A stretch of DNA of 64,000 nucleotides from Candidatus Hydrogenedentota bacterium (GTDB lineage: Bacteria; Hydrogenedentota; Hydrogenedentia; Hydrogenedentales; SLHB01): NCBI GenBank assembly GCA_963745075.1, contig CAVUWV010000009.1, positions 160,001-224,000 of the forward strand. The letters are read 5' to 3'. Positions 1-8,818 of this stretch are shown piece by piece (the first letter of the stretch is position 1; each line of letters begins with the position of its first letter). The position numbers and the translations under genes are program-made. Below the pieces are notes generated by a model. The model had not been told where the DNA came from. It saw only the letters and a program-made list of their open reading frames with translations, and made no database searches.

Positions 1-562
1 GCAGCGCGAAGGCGCGGTGGAAACCTGCGGCGGTGCGGCCCTGTTCCGGCGCGAAGTGTTCGAACGGGCCGGCGCTTTTCCCGAGGACGTCGCGTACGGA
101 GAAGAACCCCTGCTGTGTTGGCGGATTCGGAACGAACTGAGAATGGAAGTGCATTTTTGGGGTGAGCCTATGGCGTTGCACGACATTGGCTTCTCGGGTT
201 TGGGGGACTACTGGCGTCAGTACCGCCGGAACGGCGCCACCTACATCGAAATCGCTGCCCGTTGTGCCGGCACGCAGGATCCGTATTGGACCCGCGATAC
301 CGTAACCAACTTTGCGTGGGCCTCCGCGTTGTTGGCCGTGGTGGCATTCTTCCTGGCCGGTTCGTCGCCCGTTCGGATCGGTCTGGCCATTCTCGTGTGT
401 GTTGTCGTTCTCAGAAAGATCGTGCAAACGCGACGGCGTGGAACAACCTGGGCGATCGCTGCGGGTTATACCGCCCACGTGTACGGATCCAAGATACCCC
501 TTGCCTACGGGCAGCTTCGCTGGTTGGTGGAACAAGCGTTCTCTCACCGCAGCGATCGGTGA
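1..562 (+). CDS. Glycosyltransferase family 2 protein, C-terminal part (5' truncated by window)
   Basis: CGGAALFRREVFERAGAF...YGEEPLLCWRIR resembles the GT2 C-terminal motif, followed by TM helices; the frame is open to the window edge. Confidence 0.75.
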   Translation, partial: QREGAVETCGGAALFRREVFERAGAFPEDVAYGEEPLLCWRIRNELRMEVHFWGEPMALHDIGFSGLGDYWRQYRRNGATYIEIAARCAGTQDPYWTRDTVTNFAWASALLAVVAFFLAGSSPVRIGLAILVCVVVLRKIVQTRRRGTTWAIAAGYTAHVYGSKIPLAYGQLRWLVEQAFSHRSDR

Positions 563-636
563 AGGATCCCGGGGGAATTCCTACCAATCTAAACATTCAT
601 TGCGATTGGCGGTTTTGAAAAATTTCTTTCCGCCAA

Positions 637-657
637 ATAACAGAATCCTGTTATAAT
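637..657 (+). promoter_or_regulatory. Extended -10 promoter (TGtTATAAT, 649-657) overlapped by a 7-4-7 inverted repeat (ATAACAG-aatc-CTGTTAT, 637-654)
   Basis: Motifs read directly; ~80 nt upstream of the DUF2892 start. Confidence 0.6.
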
Positions 658-734
658 AAATTTCGCCGACGGGCAGGCAGAATGATCCTTCGGAACGGGA
701 GAGTTTCGGAAGAAGAGTACAGGGGGAATGCCAC

Positions 735-962
735 ATGACCATCGAGCGCGCGCTACGCATTATCGCCGGTGCATTCGTCTTTATCAGCGTATTGCTGGCT
801 GCTTTTCATTCCATGTATTGGCTCTTCTTTACGGGGTTCGTCGGACTCAATCTCTTTCAGTCGGGGTTCACCAATTGGTGCCCCATGGTGTGGATATTGG
901 AGAAGGCGGGATTAAAACGCGAGGGCGCTCCGAGAGGTGCAGAACCCGCGTCGGCGGATTAG
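735..962 (+). CDS. DUF2892 (YgaP-like) small membrane protein
   Basis: MTIERALRIIAG...FVGLNLFQSGFTNWCPM signature with two TM helices. Confidence 0.9.
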   Translation: MTIERALRIIAGAFVFISVLLAAFHSMYWLFFTGFVGLNLFQSGFTNWCPMVWILEKAGLKREGAPRGAEPASAD

Positions 963-1429
963 ATCGGCCCTCCCTCTCCCACCCCCGGTTGACCGAACCC
1001 CCTGGACTCGCCGGGGGTACCCGGAAGCGCCGAACTTCCGGGCGGAGGGTTCGCGGAGCAGGACCGCACCAGCGAGATGCTCGCCTGGGACGAGATCTTG
1101 TGCGGCCCTGCTCCGCACGTTTGCTCAATCCCAATCTGCCACAACACTGTGCAAATCCATCGACTTCGAGTGTACAACAATTTGAACGGCGGCAACGTAT
1201 GTATGAATGTCCAAACAATCATGTCCGCGAGCGGCGATCGATTCGATGCGGAAGTCATTTGCGATCAATTGGTTACAACGACGGCGCGAAACGGTGCCAA
1301 GTGGCATTGAATATGCTCCCCTTCGTAAACGGATTCCCAGGCTCCAGCGAAAGGATTGACGTTGCCGCAGGCTGGTAGTCCAACAAAGTCCATTACGATT
1401 GTAGCGGGCACTGCGTATGGAGAAAGCAC

Positions 1430-4258
1430 ATGAAACTCGGAGATACCCTGACACACTACGCCACCGAGCACCCGAAGAAGGTGACTGGTCTCATTGTGGC
1501 GTTCACGATTGCGTTGGCCCTTCTGGCGGCGCTGCCTTCCATCTGGCCCGAGCAGTTTCGCTTCCTGAGCCCGGTGGCCGTCGACACCGATCCCGAAAAC
1601 ATGCTCAGCCACGATGAGGCGGTGCGTGTTTTTCACGATGACATGAAGAAACTGCTGTCCCTTCACGACATGGTTGTCCTGGGCATCGTCAATGAGAAGA
1701 ATCCCGACGGGGTATTCAATCCGAAATCGTTGCAGGCGGTCTACGACCTGACCCAATACGCCAAAACGCTCCATGGCCAAGCGCTCGGTGTTAAGGATCC
1801 CAACGCCGGCGTTGTGGACGTCGATCTGATCGCCCCATCCACGGTCGACAACATCGAGCAGGCGGGTCCCGGCACCGTGCGATTTGAATGGTTGATGGCG
1901 TCTCCGCCGAAAACCGAAGAGGAAGCCCTCGCCGTTCGCGAGAAGGCCCAGCGTATTCCATTCCTGAACGGCACCATGGTTTCGGAAGACGGAAAAGCGA
2001 TCTGCCTGTACTTGCCGCTCACGTCTAAAGACCTCAGCTACAACGTGTACTCGCGATTGCGCGACCGAGTCGCCCAATTCAAAGGCGACGACCAGTTCTA
2101 CATCACCGGTCTACCCGTCGCCGAGGATACGTTCGGTGTGGAAATGTTTATCCAGATGGCCATCTCCGCGCCGCTGGCCATGCTCGTCATCTTCCTGCTC
2201 ATGCTCTATTTCTTCCGGAAGCTTGTGTTGGTGATTGCGCCTATGATCGTCGCCATGGTGACGGTGATCTGCACGATGGGATTACTCGTCGTCACCGGCA
2301 ACACGATTCACATCATGAGTTCCATGATTCCTATTTTCATCATGCCTATTGCGGTATTGGATTCCATTCACATCTTGTCTGAATTTTTCGACCGGTTCCA
2401 GGAGACGCGCAACCGGAAAGACACGATCTGGAAAGTCATGGACACGTTGCACGGGCCTATGTTGTACACCTCCCTGACTTCTGCCGCGGGTTTTGCATCG
2501 CTCGCCTTGACACCGATCCCGCCCGTCCAAGTGTTCGGAATCTTCGTTTCGCTGGGTGTGCTCATGGCCTGGGTGTTCACGGTTCTGCTCGTTCCCGCGT
2601 ACGTGATGTTCATCCCGGATCGCTCCCTCGAGAATTTCGGGATGAAACACAGCGGCGACGAGGACGAGGCGGCGCCCACCACCCGGATGGGACGATTCCT
2701 CGGTTGGGCCGGTGAAATGACCTATCACCGTGCGAAGGCCATTATCGCGGTATCGGTGATCGCGGTCGTGGTGGCCGGATACGGCATCAGCCTCATTCAG
2801 ATCAACGATAATCCAACCAAGTGGTTCCGGAAATCCCACCCGATCCGCGTCGCCGACAAGGTACTTAACGAGCACTTCGGCGGCACGTATATGGCCTATC
2901 TCGCGCTCTATCCCAAGGGGATGAACCCGGAATCGGAACTGTCCACGACTCCTCCCGTTACACCGGAAACAGAAAAAAGCGAACCAAGCAGCGCCGAGCC
3001 CGGCCTTCCGTCGGGATTGGGTGGGGAAGAAGCGGCGCCGGCGCTGCCCGCTGGGCTCGGAGGCGCCGAGACTCCAGAGCCAGCGTCAACTCCGGCGCCA
3101 GCCGACAATGCGAAGTCTTCATTTCCTGAAGTGTTTAAGAACCCGGAAGTCCTGCGTTACATGGAAGGGCTGCAACAGCACCTGTTGACGACCGGTGTGG
3201 TCGGGAAATCGAATTCCCTCGCCGATATCGTGAAGACCGTCCACCGCGAATTGACCGACGGGACCGAGAAGGAATTCCGCGTGCCGGACTCTCCGGGGGC
3301 GGTCGCCCAATGCCTGATGCAATACCAGAGCAGCCATCGGCCGCAGGATCTCTGGCATTTTGTGACGCCCGACTATCAACTGTCCAGTATCTGGGTGCAG
3401 TTGAAGAGCGGCGACAACAAGGACATGGAACAAGTCGTTAAGTCGGTGGAAGCCTACATGGCGAAGAATCCGCCGCCCGAGGCGTTGGCCCATCAATGGT
3501 TCGGGCTTACCTACATCAACGTCATCTGGCAGGACAAGATGGTCAGCGGCATGCTGCAATCGTTCCTCGGCAGCTTTCTTGTCGTGTTGCTCATGATGAT
3601 CGTCCTGTTCCGGTCCGCCCTTTGGGGATTCATCTCGATGATCCCCCTAACCATCACGATCGGCCTGATTTACGGCGTGATCGGGCTCATCGGCAAAGAC
3701 TACGACATGCCGGTGGCGGTGCTTTCCTCGTTGACGCTGGGCTTGGCGGTCGATTTCGCCATCCACTTCCTGTCGCGAGCGCGAACCATGTATGAGAAAT
3801 ACGGGTCTTGGGACGCGACTCACAGCCATGTCTTCGGTGAGCCGGGCCGGGCCATTACCCGGAATGTCATCGTCATCGCCGTCGGATTTCTTCCGCTGCT
3901 CGCGGCGCCCCTCGTGCCGTACAACACCGTCGGCGTGTTCCTGGCTTCCATCCTCTTCGTCTCCGGCATCGCGACCTTGCTGATACTTCCGTCGCTGCTG
4001 AGGCTGCTCGAGCCGCTATTGTTCATCCGGTCGGCCGGCATCGCATTTACCTGCAAGTGCGGAACCTGTGTCGCCGCATCCGTCTCCGTCGTGGCGTTGG
4101 TTGCGGTGAACGTGCACCAGTTCCTGCAGGTTGGATACTCGGCTATGACGTGGACCAGCGGGATCGCGGTTCTCGCGCTCATGGCCTTTTGCTTCATCAT
4201 GTCCCGGCGACAGAGTTGCCGGATGCCCGTAGACACCGAACACGAACACAACGCATAA
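1430..4258 (+). CDS. MMPL/RND-superfamily transporter
   Basis: 942 aa, duplicated TM-periplasmic-TM architecture, IAVLDSIHIL and GLAVDFAIHF motifs; GGAGA RBS. Confidence 0.9.
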   Translation: MKLGDTLTHYATEHPKKVTGLIVAFTIALALLAALPSIWPEQFRFLSPVAVDTDPENMLSHDEAVRVFHDDMKKLLSLHDMVVLGIVNEKNPDGVFNPKSLQAVYDLTQYAKTLHGQALGVKDPNAGVVDVDLIAPSTVDNIEQAGPGTVRFEWLMASPPKTEEEALAVREKAQRIPFLNGTMVSEDGKAICLYLPLTSKDLSYNVYSRLRDRVAQFKGDDQFYITGLPVAEDTFGVEMFIQMAISAPLAMLVIFLLMLYFFRKLVLVIAPMIVAMVTVICTMGLLVVTGNTIHIMSSMIPIFIMPIAVLDSIHILSEFFDRFQETRNRKDTIWKVMDTLHGPMLYTSLTSAAGFASLALTPIPPVQVFGIFVSLGVLMAWVFTVLLVPAYVMFIPDRSLENFGMKHSGDEDEAAPTTRMGRFLGWAGEMTYHRAKAIIAVSVIAVVVAGYGISLIQINDNPTKWFRKSHPIRVADKVLNEHFGGTYMAYLALYPKGMNPESELSTTPPVTPETEKSEPSSAEPGLPSGLGGEEAAPALPAGLGGAETPEPASTPAPADNAKSSFPEVFKNPEVLRYMEGLQQHLLTTGVVGKSNSLADIVKTVHRELTDGTEKEFRVPDSPGAVAQCLMQYQSSHRPQDLWHFVTPDYQLSSIWVQLKSGDNKDMEQVVKSVEAYMAKNPPPEALAHQWFGLTYINVIWQDKMVSGMLQSFLGSFLVVLLMMIVLFRSALWGFISMIPLTITIGLIYGVIGLIGKDYDMPVAVLSSLTLGLAVDFAIHFLSRARTMYEKYGSWDATHSHVFGEPGRAITRNVIVIAVGFLPLLAAPLVPYNTVGVFLASILFVSGIATLLILPSLLRLLEPLLFIRSAGIAFTCKCGTCVAASVSVVALVAVNVHQFLQVGYSAMTWTSGIAVLALMAFCFIMSRRQSCRMPVDTEHEHNA

Positions 4259-4298
4259 TCACGACTGGACTCTCTCGCGAGTCCAAGGAGGATATGTC

Positions 4299-5096
4299 AT
4301 GCGAATGCTGCCCCGATTCTTAATGCTGGCCGCGATGTCCGCGCTGCTGACGTTTATTGCGCGCGCACAGGACACGCCGTCGGTTGACGAAATCGTCCAG
4401 AAAACCAACCACATGTCCTACTATCAGGGGAAAGACGGCCGGGCCCGGGTGAAGATGACCATCACCGACGCGCAAGGCCGCACTCGAGAGAAGGATTTCA
4501 CAATTCTTCGCCTGAACCGGGACGACGTGGATAAGGAACAGGCGTTTTACGTGTATTTTCACGAACCCGCCGACGAACGGGGCGTGGTGTTCATGGTCTG
4601 GAAACACGTCGGCAAGGATGATGATCGCTGGCTTTACCTTCCCGCGCTGGACGTCACGAAGCGTATCGCCGCTTCCGACAAACGGACCAGTTTCGTAGGC
4701 TCCAACTTCTATTACGAAGACGTGTCCGGCCGCAGTACCGATGCCGACAACCATGAACTCGTCGAAACGACCGACACCTACTATGTCCTGAAGAACACGC
4801 CGAAGGACCCGTCCACCGTGGAATTCGACTCGTTCACCATGTGGATTCACAAGGCAACCTTCATCCCCGTCAAGGTTTCGTACGAGAAGGGCGGCGAGGT
4901 CTATCGCGAAGCGACGGTGTTGAAGGTGGACAACATACAAGGACACGAAACCGTTACCAAATCCAGCATGAAGGATCTCAAGAACGGCGGTGAAACCATC
5001 CTCGACTACACCTCGGTCGAGTATGACATTGGTTTGACCAACGATATCTTTACGGAGCGGTATCTTCGCAATCCACCCCTCGATTTGGTGAAATGA
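4299..5096 (+). CDS. LolA-like outer membrane lipoprotein-sorting protein
   Basis: Signal peptide; DDDRWLYLPAL..KRIAASDKRTSFVGSNFYYED motif; AAGGAGG RBS; typical neighbour of MMPL genes. Confidence 0.85.
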   Translation: MRMLPRFLMLAAMSALLTFIARAQDTPSVDEIVQKTNHMSYYQGKDGRARVKMTITDAQGRTREKDFTILRLNRDDVDKEQAFYVYFHEPADERGVVFMVWKHVGKDDDRWLYLPALDVTKRIAASDKRTSFVGSNFYYEDVSGRSTDADNHELVETTDTYYVLKNTPKDPSTVEFDSFTMWIHKATFIPVKVSYEKGGEVYREATVLKVDNIQGHETVTKSSMKDLKNGGETILDYTSVEYDIGLTNDIFTERYLRNPPLDLVK

Positions 5097-5097
5097 G

Positions 5098-6675
5098 GTG
5101 ACCATGAAGGTACGTGGCTCCCGGTATTTTGCGGTGCATCGGTTCGGTGCATGGACGGTTGGCGCGGCCGCCGTCCATGCGCTGCTTTTCATTGGGACTC
5201 TGACCGCTATGGGCGCCGAAGCGCCTCCGTTGCCACCCGGTCTTGACGCTCCGAAATCGGACTCGACGCCAGCCCTTCCGGAGGGACTCGGAAAGCCGGC
5301 CAAGGACGCGGGTCCCGCGTTGCCGGAAGGCCTTGGCGACGGTCAAACGAAATCGGGCCCGGCGCTACCCAAAGGGGTAGAGTCCTCGGGGCCCGAACTT
5401 CCGCCCGGCTTGGGCGAAGGGGAACAGAAAGCTGACTCTGCCACGGCCGGAGAAGGCAAGAGCACGGGCGAGAACCTCGCAGATCGAATTCCTTCCTGGC
5501 TGCATGGTTTTTGGGAGGCCCGGGCCGGCATCCGAACGCAAGAAGATCCCGTCGAACCGGCAGACGCCATTCTGGGCGAAACCCGACTGCAACTGAAACT
5601 GGAAAAGTCCTGGAACAAGGCTATCCTCGAGTTCACCGGAGATGTCTACGGCGACGCCGTACTTGAGGAAGGTGCGTTCGATCTCCGGCAGCTACGATTA
5701 ACCTGGAGGCCGTTGGAAAATGTCGACATCCGCATGGGCCGGCAAATCCTGACTTGGGGTACCGGCGACCTTCTGTTCATCAATGACCTGTTTCCAAAGG
5801 ATTGGCAGTCCTTCTTTATCGGTCGCGACACCGAGTATCTGAAAGCGCCTACCGACGCCATCAAGATTGGCTGGTACCACGACTTTCTGAATGTCGAGTT
5901 CGTGTACACACCCCAGTTCGTTTCTGACCGGTTTATCACCGGGGAGCGGATCAGCTATTGGGACCCCATGTTCAGCCGTTTCGCGGGTCAGGACGACCAA
6001 GTGGACTACAACGCCCCGAGCGACTGGTTTGAGGATGACGAGTTCGCCGTCCGGCTTTACCGGAGCATCGGTTCGTACGAACTCGCCTTTTACGGGTATT
6101 CCGGATATTGGAAAAGTCCAGCAGGACAGCATTTCCCGCCCCTCGAGGCCACGTTTCCGAAACTCAACGTTTATGGCGCCAGCCTCCGGGGTAATTTCCT
6201 CAAGGGGATCGGGAATGTGGAGGTCGGCTATTACGATTCCCGTCAGGATCGAAGCGGCAGTAGTCCCTTCATTAGCAACAGCGAGTTCCGGCTCCTCCTC
6301 GGGTACGAGCAGGAATTGGCGAAGAATCTCACCGGTGGGATTCAGTACTACCTCGAACACATGATGGACTACGACGCCTACCGAAGCGCCATTTTCACGC
6401 GTATCCTGGGCGAGCCCCGCGACGAGGATCGTCACGTCGTCACCGTTAGGTTGACCAAACTCCTGATGAACCAGAACCTTAGACTCTCGCTGTTCGCCTA
6501 TTGCAGCCCCTCCGACAGCGATGCCTACCTCCGGCCCAACGTAAACTACAAGGTTAACGACCATTGGTCCGTTGAGGCGGGAGGAAACGTGTTCTTTGGG
6601 GCGTGGAATCAGACTTTCTTCGGGCAGTTCGAGAACAACACCAACGTATACGCCAGCGTACGGTTCTCGTTCTGA
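5098..6675 (+). CDS. Putative outer-membrane beta-barrel (DUF1302-like) with Pro/Gly-rich repetitive N-terminus
   Basis: Signal peptide, GRQILTWGTGD motif, C-terminal YASVRFSF (beta-signal-like terminal Phe); follows MMPL and LolA-like genes. Confidence 0.7.
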   Translation: MTMKVRGSRYFAVHRFGAWTVGAAAVHALLFIGTLTAMGAEAPPLPPGLDAPKSDSTPALPEGLGKPAKDAGPALPEGLGDGQTKSGPALPKGVESSGPELPPGLGEGEQKADSATAGEGKSTGENLADRIPSWLHGFWEARAGIRTQEDPVEPADAILGETRLQLKLEKSWNKAILEFTGDVYGDAVLEEGAFDLRQLRLTWRPLENVDIRMGRQILTWGTGDLLFINDLFPKDWQSFFIGRDTEYLKAPTDAIKIGWYHDFLNVEFVYTPQFVSDRFITGERISYWDPMFSRFAGQDDQVDYNAPSDWFEDDEFAVRLYRSIGSYELAFYGYSGYWKSPAGQHFPPLEATFPKLNVYGASLRGNFLKGIGNVEVGYYDSRQDRSGSSPFISNSEFRLLLGYEQELAKNLTGGIQYYLEHMMDYDAYRSAIFTRILGEPRDEDRHVVTVRLTKLLMNQNLRLSLFAYCSPSDSDAYLRPNVNYKVNDHWSVEAGGNVFFGAWNQTFFGQFENNTNVYASVRFSF

Positions 6676-6779
6676 CATCCGCCAGCAGGCGATGGAGCAG
6701 CGAACTTCGCCTGCGTGCGGAGTGTTTCATGATCGTTTTGCGGGTTTTTCGGGACTGTTTGGGCTTTGTTAGTAAAAGC

Positions 6780-7008
6780 TGTGGAGAATGGACTTCCGCG
6801 AAGCGTTGCAGATGTCATGGATACTTTTCATAGTTTGGATTTCGTCCACCGCGCCGTTGCCGAATTGAGATAAACTATTACAAGATAATTGGTTACCTAA
6901 TCAAGGCATAGCGTCGAAAGAACCCGATGAAGAGATTTAGCGGGTGTCTTACGGAATCGTCTGGTCCTGTGGATAACCTGTGGATAAGGTGCTTTCGCCT
7001 GTTGAAAA
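6780..7008. promoter_or_regulatory. DnaA-box cluster with AT-rich tract; candidate replication origin (oriC)
   Basis: Perfect TTATCCACA boxes on the minus strand at 6968-6976 and 6979-6987; imperfect boxes at 6780-6788 (TTCTCCACA) and 7000-7008 (TTTTCAACA); AT-rich tract ~6864-6905. Confidence 0.55.
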
Positions 7009-7036
7009 CCACGCCCGGAGAAGGTGGAACGACCGA

Positions 7037-8560
7037 TTATCCGCGGCCCCCGCCCTGCTGCGCCGCCTTGATGCTTTCCAGTCTCGGCACCGAGTAGGTC
7101 CCCATGATCATCTGGTCCAGGATACTGGCGTCCGTGCACCAATAGTGGGCGTTATGCTCGGTGATTTCTTTCTTCTTAAACATTCCGAAGAGGTAGTTCT
7201 CGAACAGGAACGAGTGGGACACCGTCTGCTGCATGCCGACACGAATTCCGTCGGTATCCCCCTCCAGGATGGCATCGTTGATAGGCTTGATGTCGTTGAA
7301 CATGACCTCCAGCGCGGGAAGCCGGCCCCCGCCGATCTTCGGTACCAGCCGCTGGCAAATCACGCAACGCAAACAGTCGCGGATCTGCAGCTTGACCAGG
7401 TCACGTTCCACCGGATCAAAGAAACTCACGATACGGTTGATCACCTCGTACGCGGTGTTCGAATGCAAGGTACTGATGACGAGGTGCCCAGTAGCCGCGG
7501 CGCTGATCGCCGACCGGATCGTGTCGGGATCTCGCATTTCGCCGATGACGATAACGTCGGGGTCGTGGCGAAGTGCTCCCGTCACCGCGTCGAAGAACGT
7601 GGGCGTATCCGTACCCGTGTTCCGTTGAGACATAAGCGACTTCTTGTCGTGGTGCACGTATTCGACCGGATTCTCGATAGTCAAGATGTGCGACGTGTGG
7701 TGGCTGTTGATATAGTCCACCAGTGCCGCGACGGTGGTTGACTTCCCGCTTCCCGTCATTCCTACAAGCAGGATGAGACCATGGTGGTATTCCGCCAGCG
7801 ATTCCATCAAATCCGGCGGTATGCGCAGATCTTCGAACGACGGAATCACTTCCGGCAAATACCGGAAGGTCAAGTGAGGGGCGCCCGCCTTGATGAAGCA
7901 CGACACGCGCGAATACCCCAATCCCGCCTGGTGATAGCTGAAACTCGCCTGCTGCTTCTGACTGAACTCGTTCCAGTCTCTTTCGGACGCTACGTCCCGG
8001 ATGAGCGCGAGTATCTGCGTGGCCGAAAGCGGGGGCAGGACGTCCGATACATGGGTTTCACCATCCACGCGAAATACCGGCGGCTGGCCCGCGCACAGAT
8101 GCACGTCACTTGCCTTGTATTCGACCAGCGCCTTGAAAATCAGTTCCGGGCTGATGGGATCGATACGGTGCTTCTCGCCGTGAATCCGCCAGACTTCCGG
8201 CAGCGCGACTTGTTTGGTATACGCTTCCAGCGCTTCCAACCCGCGCTCGGGGTCTTTTGCGTCGGGGCACGGGCAGCGTAAGATGTTCCAGCCGTCCTCG
8301 TCCGTCAGGGAACAATCGCCCTCGAAATCCGCGACCACCTTCTGCATCATTTCCAGGGCGTGGCCCTTGGCGTGGGCACGCAGACGGAACGACTTGAACG
8401 GGGCGTCCAAATCTTCGCGTTCCGCGACAATCTCCAACGCGGCCGACCGCGCGACGATCTTGCGGGGCTTCCCTTCCTTCTCGATCAGTTCTTTCTCGAA
8501 TATATCGATCATTTCGCGCACACTTTTCTGGCGCCCTACCCCCAGAATGAATTCCGCCAT
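7037..8560 (-). CDS. pilT: PilT/PilU-family type IV pilus retraction ATPase with N-terminal extension
   Basis: ASDVHL, Walker A GMTGSGKSTT, DPDVIVIGEMRD, TGHLVISTLH; start reassigned to ATG 8560 with GAGGGAGA RBS. Confidence 0.85.
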   Translation of the reverse strand: MAEFILGVGRQKSVREMIDIFEKELIEKEGKPRKIVARSAALEIVAEREDLDAPFKSFRLRAHAKGHALEMMQKVVADFEGDCSLTDEDGWNILRCPCPDAKDPERGLEALEAYTKQVALPEVWRIHGEKHRIDPISPELIFKALVEYKASDVHLCAGQPPVFRVDGETHVSDVLPPLSATQILALIRDVASERDWNEFSQKQQASFSYHQAGLGYSRVSCFIKAGAPHLTFRYLPEVIPSFEDLRIPPDLMESLAEYHHGLILLVGMTGSGKSTTVAALVDYINSHHTSHILTIENPVEYVHHDKKSLMSQRNTGTDTPTFFDAVTGALRHDPDVIVIGEMRDPDTIRSAISAAATGHLVISTLHSNTAYEVINRIVSFFDPVERDLVKLQIRDCLRCVICQRLVPKIGGGRLPALEVMFNDIKPINDAILEGDTDGIRVGMQQTVSHSFLFENYLFGMFKKKEITEHNAHYWCTDASILDQMIMGTYSVPRLESIKAAQQGGGRG

Positions 8561-8745
8561 GAAGTCTCTCCCTCGTTTCGGGCCGCGTCGGCCAATGTTG
8601 CGCGCTGCCACGCGTCTTCCCCCGGTCCACGCCCGACCATCATACGCGGTCATCCGCGATCCGTCAACGAGCCTGCGCATCCCGCGCATTCTGAGGAAAT
8701 GGGATCGGCATTAAGGATCGTTCAATGGCGTTCTGGACGGGCGGA

Positions 8746-8786
8746 ACAAAAACGAAAGGGTCCAGTGCCCTTAAGCACAGGACCCC
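8746..8786 (-). terminator. Intrinsic terminator after mltD-like gene
   Basis: Minus-strand hairpin GGGTCC-T-GTGC/GCAC-T-GGACCC followed by a T-rich tract (TTTCGTTTTTG). Confidence 0.65.
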
Positions 8787-8818
8787 ACACCGATCAGCGG
8801 ACGAAGATTCGTGCCGTC

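Noticed and set aside
2999..3064. Sortase LPxTG signal
   Set aside because: Motif is LPxGL, internal, and not followed by a TM segment and basic tail
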